NCBI GenBank assembly: GCA_965649825.1
Contig: OZ287697.1
Span: 1,722,351-1,786,350, forward strand
Direction of reading: 5' to 3'
DNA length: 64,000 nt
Origin: Penicillus capitatus
Taxonomy: Eukaryota > Plantae > Chlorophyta
Within the stretch, counting starts at the first letter, position 1. Each line of letters begins with the position of its first letter. Of this stretch, positions 25,147 through 38,274 are shown piece after piece. The notes under the pieces are model-generated. The model searched no databases. It was not told where the DNA came from and was given only the letters and a program-made list of their open reading frames with translations. The translations under genes were made by a program, and so were the position numbers.

Positions 25147-27200
25147 TCTTTTTTGTTCGTTCTTCATACTTTCTTTCATTTTAAGCAGAGTGAGAAGTCC
25201 TCTCACTCATGACGGACTTTGCGCCCTAGTACTTACTTGTACATAGTGTTGAGTCCAATCGAAGTGTGAGGGCTTTCGGGAAGATATGAACGAGGCTGAC
25301 GCGAAGATGTGATTAAGTGTCACTCTTCAAGACATGACATTATTGTTTAAGTGACTTGACGAAAAGAGGCTGCGTTTGTGTCGTTCTTATCGATGTCGGA
25401 CGAACTGAGCTCCGAGATCATGCAAGTGGAGAGTGCGAACGATGGTCCACGAACGTGTCTCCAGACGCTTTCTGCGCATCATAAACAACTGCCTAGTCTA
25501 ACGAGGCCGCGCTTAACGTCACAGCGTTGAAATCCAACAGAACCCGGCCAGAAGGCCTCCCAACACATTAATATCCGCTGCAAGCACCTAAAGGAACACC
25601 CCGCTCAGAAAACGAACAAGACATTGGCAAGAACAAGCTGCAGAACCGTGCCAATTGTGGATTGCGAAGTCGAGAGAGCCTCTTCGACGGCCAGAACCGT
25701 GCGTCCGGTCTCGCCGTCGCCAGAAATCACCGCCGCCGCGAAAGAGGCTGCCGGAGACTGCCCGAATCGAGTTCGCGCCACTTTCGTGTAACACGAGCTA
25801 CTTTTCACAGAGAGCGTCGCTTGGCTTGAAACTCAGCAGGAAGGCATCTGCGGAGAGCCACTATCCAACGCAGAAGACAGCACCAGCAATCACCGTCTGA
25901 GCATTGAGAACTGCGATGTTGCACGGTGCGCAGATTCAAGTGTAACGCGCGTACAGGTAAAGCAGATACGGACGAGGACGCCGTACACGACGCTGCGCAT
26001 ACGACGTCCTCGACCGTATTGGAAGACCAGGACCGTATCAGACATAACTTCCGCTGCATAAAAGTCACATCAACCTTCTTCTGCTGCAATCTTTTCCGTC
26101 TTCATTGGTGATATGATGTCTTCAGTCTTTAACCCTGTAACCTTTGAACGCAAAGCGCTTCGAAAGAAGTCCTCCTCGGACGCGGTGCGACTGTGGAAGC
26201 GAGTCAAGGACAGGAAAAGGCAGATCTCTTTCGTGCAGACGGCAGTTTTCCAATCCAGATCGTTGTCTTTTATGAGCTGAAGTCACCTCAGTCTTCATGA
26301 CTCTCAATACCTCAGCAGCAGATTGGTCACGACTCGATCGATGCAAAAGAAAACGTCATCGCTCACTCCGATCACCTTCTTAGCAAACGACTCGAAGCGC
26401 AAAGCTGAAGGATTCGACGAATATCCTAGTTCTCCGCTGTCACTCCTGCAAGTTGATATCCATCTCTAGGCTCTTTTCATATCGCGTTGTCGCGTTCAAA
26501 GCGGACAGAATTGGAGTTGTCAAGGCCACTTTCTTACCTCGATAGCCGGAGATTGGTTAGTACATACTCACCTCTACTGATCTCTGCTTGACCATCGCTG
26601 AGGTTCTTGCGTTTTTTGGCCACCGTCGGTGACCACTACAACACTCTTAAACAAGAACCTCGCTTCCTCACGCCGACAAAACACTTTCACTTGTCATATC
26701 GTAAGACTAAGACTAAGAGTGCCCCAGTCCAGTCATGACTCTGCCCCAAAGAACAACCTGCCTCGTCAACTCAAGCATTGCTGAGATTTTACAGTGACAG
26801 ACAACAATGAATAAAGTGGTCTACATCCGTCCGTGTTCGATGTATTGAAAATTCGATGTCTTTGGTTCGTTGATGGGTGAGTATACGGTTCCTGCGGAAT
26901 CGGGATCGAATACGGCGCTTCATCAATTCCGACGCCGAAGACGGAACCTGATAGATACGCCAGTGCGATATCGTTCACTCCTGTCCTTATCTTCTCCGCA
27001 CACACTTTCATCGAGGCCAAGAATTGCAACTCAATGCGGCCGAAACACGTTCGACAGCAATCCATCGCTTCAGGCGACTGGCGGTAGGACACCACTCTCG
27101 ATGTAGACTCCGACCGAACATGTTCCAGCGATAAACGTCACGTGCTGTTTGGGAAAGGAATCTCCACAAGTGCAAGTGCGGATTACTGAGGAATGCACTG

Positions 27201-27495
27201 TACGGCATTCTCTCGAAGAGATATCAGCGAGTTTAAGGAGATTGATCATTACTTCGACAAATGCAAACGTCTCGTGTAGACAATGAAAAGTGTGTACCCT
27301 GTGAAAGAGGTTCGGCTCGATGCACGCGTTCAGACACAGCTTCAAAGAAAAGAGCGGTGCTGTATTTGATTAATAGACAGTTGGCAGATGGATTCGACAA
27401 AGCACGATTGCAGGAATCCTTCGACGAATCATGCTTCATTGTTCGGACAGCAACCGGCAAACATCACCCCCACAAGGCCCGTCCACTTCAGACGG
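27201..27495. repeat. Dispersed ~295-bp repeat, homologous to 47073..47365
   Basis: About 80% similar by eye. Shared blocks include CAGACACAGCTTCAAAGAAAAGAG, TTCGACGAATCATGCTTCATTG and GTCCACTTCAGACGG. Confidence 0.85.
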
Positions 27496-27883
27496 ACTCA
27501 TCAAAAATGTAATCATGTGTGACAGAGGTTGCCAGTCATCTTCAAGGACTGACGTTGCAGAGAAGTTAAAAAATGTTTGTTCGTGCAGCAGCCTGCAGAA
27601 GCATTGTTCGTCTGAGAAGTGAGAGAAGCGAACACGCACCGATGCACAGCTGCATGACAGGACTGAACGACCAATGTTGTCTCAGGTCTTCGGACCGACA
27701 TCGACTGCTTTGCCTTCTTAATTTGCAGCTAGGGCGTGACGCATTTTGATGTCGCTACGATGGAAATCGTTGCTTACCGTCATGATCTTCGACAGGTGGT
27801 TGTTCGTAAGCAGAGCCCTTTGCCGGAAAATGTGTAGGGATGCCTGCATAGAACGGCGAACGACTAGGATGATGACCAATAAA

Positions 27884-27989
27884 ATTCTCCGTCGGCCTGA
27901 ACGTGTAGCCAAGGGAAGCCTGATTCTCCGTCGGCCTGAACGTGTAGCCAAGGGAAGCCTGATTCTCCGTCGGCCTGAACGTGTAGCCA
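27884..27989. repeat. 39-bp tandem repeat, 2.7 copies
   Basis: ATTCTCCGTCGGCCTGAACGTGTAGCCAAGGGAAGCCTG starts at 27884, 27923 and 27962 (last copy partial). Confidence 0.95.
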
Positions 27990-30075
27990 GGGTTTGCCTC
28001 AAGCGATTCCAAACGAGGACGATACGCGCTTCCCTGTGAACCATACGGTGTCAGCGCGTCCGTCGAGAGGTTTTGCTCTAGTACGTCGGTTGCTCACCTG
28101 GTGGACGAAGACGAGCAGCAGGGCCGTCAGGAACGCCGTTTTCGCAGAAAACATTCTAAAAGATCTCCGCAAAACCCGTCTACCAAACTCAGAAAGGGGA
28201 CACGGACGAAGTTAAAACAGGCAAATGGTCGGTCGGAGAATGGAGAAATGGGCTTTTATGCAGAGTCCATTCGCATGTGCGCGGGACCATTGCTGACCAC
28301 GCGTTGAGGGGACCGTTGTAAGAATCTGTTTTGGTACGAGCAGTCCATCCAACGCAGACACGTCTTGTTATCCTAATGACAACAAGTGATAAAAAATGTC
28401 AGTCTGTGAGCCACTTCCGTGGCCACCGTCTGCGTCGTCCAAACGTAACAGCTGCGTTCCGACGGTGGAGGTCCTGTCACTCCTCGTCAGGTACGTGCGA
28501 GCATTAGCAGAACGGCGTGTCCGCCACGAGGTCAAGAGATAGATCACTTTTGGCGGCGGCGGATTTACCGACTTGGCCACAGGCATCTGAACGTGACTGT
28601 CGTCTCTCGGCGTTCTCGGCCTGAAATGCCCTACAGCATACAAGATCCTAGCAACGCACTTACCCCCTCGAGACGCGAAGGCGTTTGAAGTCTTACTCAC
28701 GACGGCAGAACACAGTTCAGCGCGATAGAACGCGAAGAGCAGTTTGCACTCGACGAAAGAACGTCGCCGAGACTCGTGCCGACCGACTCTGCAAACGGCG
28801 TCTTTACGGGAGGCATGTGCATGGAGACGCTCGCCTTCAAGGTCTCTGTGGACGCGTTCAAATCTGCGACCATGGATGAGACATCAACATTGAACCCTTC
28901 GCCATCGACGTTATCTCTTAAGCGTTAGCAGCCGACAAAGGACTCCGGTCGTCTCTTCGGTCCTGCTGTCGTGTCATCAGCGCGAGAGTCGACTGACGGC
29001 GGCGACGCGTGGACATGTGCCAATCTTCCGAGGACAGATCAAGAGAGAATTACGTCGAAGAGATCGAACTTCGTGGACGTCGCAGTCAGCCTATCGCCGT
29101 GAAACACTGATCGCGCAGGAAACGTGCGCAAAGAAGCACTTCGACACATTTGCAGAGGATGGTTCTTTTGAGATGCTCTTTATGCCAAGAGCGAAGTGCT
29201 GGTCTGTCTCTTCTGCGGATCCACGAAGAACAGCGCTATCAAGCTGCCAACGACAAATGAGTTTCAGCCTGTCACCGAACGGGCATCGCTTCGTCCAGAG
29301 ACAAGCACCACAACTGGACTTCGGATCGAGAGAAAGAGATGCGCTCTCCAGTCGCATCACACAGGAATCTCCCGCCGAAGACCCTCCAGCAAAAAGCATC
29401 TCTCGACACACAGCGACGGGGCTACACACAAAGGCGAGTGGCTCCGTATCAGACACAATCTGCCACGACCGAGATGGACGCGCCCCAGTCGTCTTGGACT
29501 GTCAGGTTCTTGTCACTGCCGTAGGATGAACGGACAAGAGCTCCACGGCTGAACAGATCTGCTGTCAGAGACGCTCCTGGTCTTCTATCTCTTAGCTTCT
29601 GTTCTCCGCCTTCGTGCCGACTGGCCTTTATCATCTCTACAGTCAGCTTCTGTCGCTCCGGCCAAGGCCACTGTCGTATCTCGACATGCCAGAGACACAT
29701 GGATTGCTTCACAGGGTGCGTCGAAAGCGAACGCAGCGAGAGGCGCGTCTTTGCGTGTCCTGTCTTCTCTCCTTCCGTTGATGCTTCCGCTAGATAATGG
29801 AAAGATGACAGCGAAATGAACTGCTCCACTGCAAGTCTTTCGCATCCACTGTAAAGCCAGACCACAATACCTCGCGTTACGAATTGGGCCTTCAACCGCA
29901 GGCATTTCTCGTGTGCCTTCGGCACGGACCCCTATCGTCGACGAGCACACGTTCGTTTCTGCAGCGACGTAATTTTACGATTTGCCGAACGGACACACCT
30001 CAACGACGCACGCTTCTGAGAACGACGACTTCGCTTTCTGCATCCGACGTCCGGTTCCCCGTCACCCAATCCGAG

Positions 30076-33000
30076 ATGCAGACGTCCTCGGTCTGGCCGC
30101 TTCTCGTCATCTTCCTCGCCATGCATTCATTCGCGTTTGGCCAAGGTACGAGGAGCACGAAGCCGGCAGACGGCTCCCTTCTGAGACCGTCTGTTGCAGA
30201 TCTCTGCGACTCCTTCGTGGAGAACAACGCGCTGATCGTCACCGCCAGGATCGAACGAGAGATAAACGCACTGAAGACGTCTTTTCAGGCGCTCGTGGAC
30301 TGCCTTCATCCGGGAGGAACGATCCGATTCAAGACGCGGAGCTTTTCGCCGAGCAAAACCATTCGCATCGAAAAAAGCATCACCGTGTCGACCGTCGCCG
30401 AAGAGAAGATCGCCATTGCGTGCAACGGAAGGCCGGTTTTCGACATCAGGTCGAATCTGTTCCGGCGCCGACTGAGCTGACGCAGTGATGCGCGCACAGG
30501 AATGCCTCGGTCGAGATCTCTAACATCCTTATCGGCGAATGCAGCTTGAGCGACAGCGCCGTCGCTCCGCTGATCGTCGGACCGGATTCGGTGGTCACGC
30601 TGAGATCCGTTGCCTTCCTGCGCAATGCGAACGCCGACGGCGCCAGCTGCATTTTGGCTATGGCCGGATCCGGCATCGCCATAGAAGACTCGGAGTTTCG
30701 AGAAAACAGAGGTTTCCTGGGACCGGCGATTCTGGACGATGTCCGTCGTCTGACGGTCTCTGCGTCGACCTTCGCCGAGAACAGGGCTTACGGTTTTGGA
30801 GAGGGAGGCGGCGTCTTTCGCATCCACGTACGCACGGTGCATTCCTAACACGCACCGTCGACTCTCTGTCTGACTGCAGGGCGAGAATGTACCGACGGTC
30901 GTCGTCGTGAAGGACGAGAGTCGATTCGTCAAGAACGACGCCTTCCAAGGAGACGGCGGCGTCTTCTTCGCGTCCGGCGACAGCATCTCGCTCGCTGTCG
31001 AAAACAACACGCTCTTCAAGGGGAACGCCACCAAGCGTAGGGGCGGAGCCATCTTCATCTCGTCGGCGAGGAACTTGACCATCACGGATTCCTTCTTCGT
31101 GGAGAACCTGTCCAAGGGCACGGGAGGCGGAGCGATATTCGCCGAGGTGGATGGGCCGTCGGTATCCCGTTCGGCAGAGACGACTGACGCTCTCTTCTGC
31201 GCAGGATACGAGTGAGAGTGGTTTGGACGTCGCGATATCCAATTCGCTCTTTGCAAGGAACCGTGCCAGCGGGTACCTCGCCGCTGGCGGCGGAATCCGC
31301 CTCCAGGGACGCGACGTTCGCTGCTCTTTGCGCGAATCGGTCGCGTTCTCACACAACGTCGCAGACCTCGACGGCGGAGGCATGTACCTTCTGGATCAAG
31401 CCTCTTGCGACATCGAGAGCGCAACGTTCGTCGGAAACGAGGCCTTGAACGGAGGCGGTGCCGCCATCTACGTTCTGGTACGCTGACGTGGCGGCGCCTC
31501 CTTCCTCACCCTTTGCTCGCGCTGTCTCAGTCGCTGCAGCAAGCCCGTGGCCGTGTGTTGGAAGTCGTCGTCGCGCAGACGACCTTTCTCTTCAACAGCG
31601 GCCTGTACAGCGATCGCGGCGGCGGGTGCATCGGCGTGACGGGCCTCGGATCGAAGATGACGATCCGGGATTGCACGTTCCGAAGCAACGACGGGGGAAG
31701 AGGCAGAGGCGGCGCCATCTACGCGTTTCACGGACCGGTGATCGAGATCGTGCATTCGCACTTCGAGCGCAACAAGGCGGAAAGAGGCGGCGCCCTGTAC
31801 GGCGAGGTAGAGGACGCACGAACGTCGGTCACTCCTTCGTCTACAATCGTGTGTCTCAGAGTGACGCCTCATTCGACATCCGAGACTCGACGTTTGTGGA
31901 GAATTCGGCTTTCGAAGGAGGGGCCGTTTACGCATGGGGCGACGTTGACATCGATGTGGGGCGTTGTGCATTCGAAAGAAACAGGGCACTGAGGGAGGGC
32001 GGCGCACTGAAGCTGCGCAATTTCGGATCGGGCGGGTCAGAGCTGGCCCGCTTTCGAATGAACGGCAGCGCGCTGGTGGAAAACGGAGCTGGCTCCAATC
32101 TGTTCGAAGACCGTCTCCTCGGCAAGAAGACACAGGGAGGAGGCGTCCTTGCCGAAGGCAGTGGACTGGTGCTCGAGTTCGTGGACGGCGCGTTCAGACG
32201 CAACGTCGCGTCGAACGGAGGCGCACTGAGCATTCGCGCCGTCGGCGACTGCATCATCGACCAGGGCAACGAGTGAGAATCCATCGGGCGTCTTGCGGGC
32301 GCGACTGGGGTTTGTGCAGATTCGAGGACAACAAGGCCACCTTCGGCGGGGCGGTTTTTCTGGTCGTTGACGAACAGATCGATCTCGTCAGACGGCGAAA
32401 CTACTTGATTGCAAGAACCACCTTTCGGAACAACAACGCAGACTACGAGGGCGGAGCCCTGCATGTCTCGAGCACCAAGACGGAGTCCAATTTGGTGTCG
32501 CAGAACGCATTCGTATTCCTCTTGACGGTCGAGGAGAGCGCGTTCAGGGAGAACACGTGAGATTCGCCGCACTTGTCCGGCACGGATTCGCGATGACGTG
32601 CCTTTTCGCGCAGAGCACGGCGTGGCGGCGGTGCCGTATCGATCGTCGGGTCGGCTGCCAGGATCTACCGAAGCGCCTTCGAGTCGAACCGTGCCGCGAT
32701 CGATTCGACGGACGTAGAAGCGACAGTGCTCGGCTTTGGAGGTGCCATGAGTCTTCAAACCGGATCCTCCGTCGAATGCACCGACGTGCAGTTTCGATCG
32801 AACTCGGCAGACGTCGGAGGGGCCGTCTTCGTCCGAGATGGTTCTTTCGAAGGGACGGGCGTCGAATTCGTCGACAACGCCGTGCTCGACGGCGGCGTCG
32901 GCGGCGCTGCGGCGGTCGAAGTGTCCAAGGGGAAGAGGATACCCGTCCTCAACAGCGGCGACTACGTGCTCAACATCGCCTTCCAATGCGACGTATGCCA

Positions 33001-35901
33001 TTTCCTGAGAAACTCTGGATCGCTTGCAGGAGGTGCATCTCCTGGCGTCCGCCTCCGCGAGCTGACGACCGTATCTCCAGGTGCCGTCCATGTGCACGAC
33101 ATGGATCCCGGAGGAACGTTTGCCGAAGACAACGAGCTGAGGATCGATGGCTGCGTGGAGGGGACGAGGGGCACGTCCGGCGACCGAGACAACGCGCTGA
33201 CCTGTCCGTCCTACTTCCGGTTCGTGGAATCGGTCGACGCGCGTTCCGTTCGATTCAGGAACACCGCCTTCGCCGAAAACGAAGCCAGAGCCGGAGGAGC
33301 CATCTTCACCAACAACCTTTCGATGATCAGCATCATGCCAGACGTGCGAGCGGTGGTAGACAAGTCCGTCGCCCTCGGATTCGTTCTGCAGGAGAACGAG
33401 GCGCATCTGGAGAAGAGCAACGTCACCTTCCTCGACAACAGCGTCGTCGACGGGGGATACGGCGAACGCGTGGCGTCCACACCCGTCACGGCATTGCTCA
33501 CGGATCTGGACGACGACAGCGGCGGACGTCCGGGGATCGCTTTGACGAAGAGCGACTTTCTCAGCGGCGCTCGGCTTCGATTCGGTGTCGAGTTCGAGGA
33601 CGGCCTGGACGCGTCCGTTACCTTTGCCGATCGTCTGACGGCGCACATCAGCTGCGACGAAGATCGATTGGACGAGCAAGCGGCGGACTGTGCGCTTCTG
33701 GAGATTTCGGGACAGGAGGCGGCCGAAGTGAGCGAGAAGGGCATTGCGAACTTCACGGCTGTCCGGCTGAGAGGCCTAGAGAGCCAGACATACGCGCTGC
33801 GTGTGGAGTACCGTTCGGCATCTGAGCTTCAAACGCTGAACACCGAACCGTCGCGCGTTCGAGTGACGATGCGACCCTGTCGGATCGGAGAGAGAACCGT
33901 CAGCGGCGAAGGAGAACTGCTCGAGTGTCAGGAGTGCAGCAGCTCGACGTACAACCTCAGTCCCAGAGACGCCGAGTGCCAGCCGTGTCCCGAGAACGGC
34001 AACTGCGAGTCCAGAGTGATCGTTCCGCACAGCGGATACTGGCAGGACTCGCCCTGCTCCGTGTCGATCGCCAAGTGCCTGACGTCTCACGCGTGCAAGT
34101 TCGGAGAACGCGTTCGAAAGCTGCGGAGCATGACGGACGACCTCTCGAGCTGCGATATCTCAGAGGCGGAGATAGAGGCGTACCAGAGAGCCCAGTGTGC
34201 ACAGGTGCGTTATGCTTTCTGCGAATGGAGGCCTGTGAGGTGTCTGTTTTGCGATTCCAGGGTCACACGGGGCCGCTCTGCGGAGCGTGCGAGAGCGGAT
34301 TCGGCAGTTCGTTGTCGTCCAGGTGCAAAGAGTGTCCGTCCGACATCGGCAACGTGGCTGTCATCTGCTTGTCGGTTGTGACGCTGCTGGGCTTGACCGC
34401 CATCACGATCCGAGGGACGCTGGGCGTCGCGAGGGGCAGGAGCTCGGGAGGCTTCAACCAGAGCGCAAGTCGAGCGTCCGTTCAACCGTCCCAGTCTTTC
34501 TCGCCGAGCGCCGTGCAAACGGGGCGGGCACAGGCGGTCAACATCGCAGGACAGCGAGACAGCGCAGACACCGAGGAAGCTGGAGGGTTTCCTGCCACCG
34601 ATGCAACGCTAACGCAATGGAAGGTCGTCGAGATGTTCAAGGTATGGCGCTCTGCGTGTTCTTTCGTAAAGGGCCAGTCGTTGGCGCAGATGACGCTGAA
34701 CCACATTCAGATGACGGTCCTGATCGCGACTCTGGACGTCGGCTGGGTCGTCCCGTTCCTCGTCATGGCAGAGATCGCAGGTCCGCACCCCTCCCGCTCG
34801 TCTGCGCGACTAACTCGAAGTCGGATGCTGCCGTGTTCAGAGTTCCTGGGAAGCCTTGCGATCGAGAGCATCCGCCGTTCCGTGGTCTGCCTGAGCGGAG
34901 AGAGCCAGTCGTTGCATGCGACGGCGTGGGCGTCGATCGTGAGCGTCTGCATCGTTCCGGCTTCTGTCTTCCTCCTGCTCGCGCTGCTGTGGACCACAAA
35001 CGTCGTCTGCCGTTTCATCGAAAGGCCGGTCCATTATCTAGCCAAGAGAGCGCTCCTGTCCATCATGGTCCTCTGGTACATCACTTCCGTCGCCGTGATC
35101 AAGACGACACTCGGCACCGTCCTCTGCGTCAGCGCCCACAACGTCCTGGACGCGACAGACGGAGAGAAAGAGATGAGCTACTGGGCGGTGGACACCAGTC
35201 TAAAGTGCTTCGAAGGGGATCATCAGACGCTGGCCGTCCTCATCCTGTCGTTCGTCGGCATCGTCTACGGCGGGCTGCTGATCGCCTTCGTCGCCATCCT
35301 TGGGTCCGCGGAAGAGCGGCTGAACGACGCAGACCACTGGATCTACCAGACCATGGGATTCCTCTACCGCAGCTACCGGCACGGGTGGCGTCGCTACTGG
35401 GAGGTTGCGATTGTCGCAAGGAAGGCAGGAGTCGCCTTTCTCGTGTTCTGTGCGCATCGCTTCGACAGCGTGCTGCCTATCATCGGCTCTGCTGTCTTCC
35501 TGACGCTTGCCCTGGGTGTGCAGATGGTGGCGATGCCCTACAGGCAGAGATCCGATGTGCTGAACAAGATCGAATTATCCTCGCTGTTTGCCTCCCTTCT
35601 GACGTTGCTTCTCGCAACCATGTTGAAGAGTGGGGATTCCGCCGAGGGCCGGAGTGGTTGGACCCTCTCTGCTCTATGTGGTCTGCTGAACATCGGCACT
35701 TTGATCGTGTTTCTGTCGTTTCTTATGCACTATTTTGTGGATCACTTGAGGGTTGTGATGCGCGAACGGGGAACTCGGGTGAATGTTGAAGGTGTCGGAG
35801 ATCTTCGGGTCTTGAAAATCTGGGCGTGGCACGAAGCTCAGCGCCTTGCTTGCTTGTCAGGTCTGTTCGGTCCGGAGAGCACTACCCCTTCGCTGTCCTG
35901 A
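30076..35901 (+). CDS. Pmp-like beta-helix / Cys-rich / multi-TM protein (divergent paralog), many exons
   Basis: Signal peptide MQTSSVWPLLVIFLAMHSFAFGQ. GGA/FxxN repeats occur across ORFs 30546..33200, with CQPCPENGNC, GHTGPLCGAC and a TM domain in 33925..35901. Introns are about 50 nt, several at positions conserved with the other copies. Confidence 0.85.
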
Positions 35902-35920
35902 TTTTATTTTTCCTTGAAAT

Positions 35921-36200
35921 GTGTGGCAAAACGAATGTTGGTTGTTTCTGTGGAACGTTGTCGTCCATGTTACTTGTCTCCTGACGGACGACTCGGAAAT
36001 GGTGTGTAAGGAAAGAGGCAGGTTGTGTCTATCCTTCTTAAAGAGTGACTTGGCGATGAGCACAATAGCACAAATCTCACTCTTTGGAGGCAATGGGACG
36101 TGATGGTCATCAACCGACAACCACAAGAGAGAAGGCCGTCAAGCACTAACAATTCAGTGGACTCGATATTTGACAAATTGACAGAATCATCGATGGAGAC
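35921..36200. repeat. 3'-flank of the 30076..35901 gene, duplicated at 56411..~56700
   Basis: GTGTGGCAAAACG...GTAAGGAAAGAGGCAGGTTGTGTCTATC...GAGTGACTTGGCGATGAGCACAATAGCACAAATCTCACTCTTTG is shared by both sites. The end coordinate is approximate. Confidence 0.85.
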
Positions 36201-36413
36201 CAAGAGAAGGACTGGACGAATTCAAGATCCACGCTTCTTGCGGTGCTAGCTGTAGCCGTCTGAGATCCTTCGCCTGGGAAGGAACACGCTTCGGCGGAAT
36301 TTGAAGCAGCTCGTTCCGCAACGGCAACTCTTTCAATTAGTCATCTGCACGAGCGCGTTGAGCACATACCTCGACGATTGGACAGCGAGTAAAGAGAGAG
36401 GCACGTCAGCTTG

Positions 36414-37547
36414 TCAGGGAATCAATGGTTCTTTGATCGAACGTCGTTCAAGTAACAGCGATGTTAAACGTGTCCAATGCGAAACATAAACGGAATAGTC
36501 CCCGGACTGAAAGCATGGGTCGACGATCAGAAGGAGCGAGTGTAAATCTGTCAGACGAAAAGAGCTGTCGGCAATCCTAAGTCCGCGGCAGCTGACACCG
36601 ATTCTCAGAGTCGGATCGTGTAAACTGACAATCAGTCGATGCCTGCTGCCTGTGAACAGAAGAAAAGACGCTGTTGACTGTACCAACGGAAATGCCAGAT
36701 GGAGCACTTCGAGTTGACCAAAGTACTGAAAACTTGTCCACGGTGCGAGAAATAGATCAGGTCAGAACAGATCTAGATTCGAGGGACAGACTGCGCCAGC
36801 GTACTAAATAGCGTCCTAAAGAGGCAGAAGAGCGATTAGGGATTAGGAAACTGGTTATGAATGACGGACATCACTGACAGGTAACTGATGCGCATTGCGG
36901 ACCATAGTCGTTTACTATCAGCTTGGTCGGCGACGTCGAGGGAAACAGGATCTGATTGCTCCCGTTTCTCAGCAAGAAGCCAGGAAGACTGACTTCGCAG
37001 AGGCCTGCGAGCGCGATCTAGGACGACGACTCGACGGCCGATGTTCAGTGTGACGTCGTCTCTTCAGTCCTGTCAGGGACAACAGCACTCTGCGGAAGCC
37101 CTCGTACGATTCAGCAGTCCCCAGATGCACACCGAGAGAATGCAGCCGAGAGTACGTTTCTGAATGAAAGAGCTGAAGATCGCCGTCTGTCCCGTCGCCG
37201 AAGTAGTCCAGTCGCTCCAGCCGCGTCATTGAGGTCAGACCGGCGAGCCGCCGAGCAACGTCGTGATCTTCTGACGGGAAACAGGCCGAACAAGGGAGCT
37301 CGACGGCGTTTGGAAAAGCGGTCAGCACGTCAGAGACGTGTTCAGGAGGCACCTGTCGAAGCTTGACGGGCAGAGACTTGCAAGCCGCGTCCCATTGTCG
37401 ACACACGCGGCGGTGCTCTTGAAGACCGTCGTGAAGAAGATAGCCGAGTACCTCGTGAAGGAACAAATCCTCGTCGAGCAGAAGGCTAATACAGTTCAGG
37501 TGACTGGACTGCGGTCGCCTTTCGCCGGAAACATCACGTTTTGCCAT
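36414..37547 (-). pseudogene. F-box-like/LRR pseudogene (unit 2 copy of 17357..18992)
   Basis: ORF 36969..37661 matches the 18126..19268 protein up to LTGLKR and then shifts frame through indels. ORF 36414..36707 is a degenerate match to 17357..18148. Confidence 0.8.
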
Positions 37548-38274
37548 GAGGTGCACCGTCGGCTTTGTAGATTGACTGCGACGTGGTTGTCGTTGCTTCA
37601 AGTGTCGGCGGGCTGTTCGACGGCGCCTCTTGCGTACGACAGCTCTGTCGGCGTGTGACACGAGGCGTGGACGTCGCGTGCGCCATGTAATGCGGTCGCG
37701 TTACCGCGATTTGCGATGCGAGTACTAACAGCGCTTGATGTGACTTGAGTTCTCTTAGAAATGCACATCGTGGGCAGTTTGTGTCACACAGAAGGATGGA
37801 CGTTGGGTGAATCAGTTCGTCCACGACAGGCTTTGACCCTTATTACTCAAGGCCCGCTCGGGAGGACAGGTTCGCGACTGGATACGGCGCTTCGCTGTGC
37901 ATTAGCATGGAGACGCTGCCGTCATCGCATTCCTCCCACTATCGGTGCTCCGAAGATGGCGATACTGTTGCCAGAACTGAGACCGATAGTACGTTCTTCC
38001 GGTAAAATCGTCTCCAGACAGACTGCAAAAACAGATGACGAGAACAGGTTAGGCGTGTGAAATCGGACAAGGGAAATGCCAGCGAACTCCAATCCTCCAA
38101 CATCGTCACAGATGCGACCTCAGACTTGGTTGTTCTGAGACAGCAACGGAGGAACTTGTGGATTCACGTTGCACGCACCCGCATGCTGGTTCATAACTGC
38201 TCCAGAAACGCGTTCCTGACCCACTCTGTTTCTCCATCAGAGGCTCAGCTCCATCCACCAAATTCGCTTCCAAG

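Noticed and set aside
14595-27989. 73-bp and 39-bp repeats as CRISPR arrays
   Set aside because: The units are contiguous with no unique spacers, there are no cas genes, and the context is eukaryotic.
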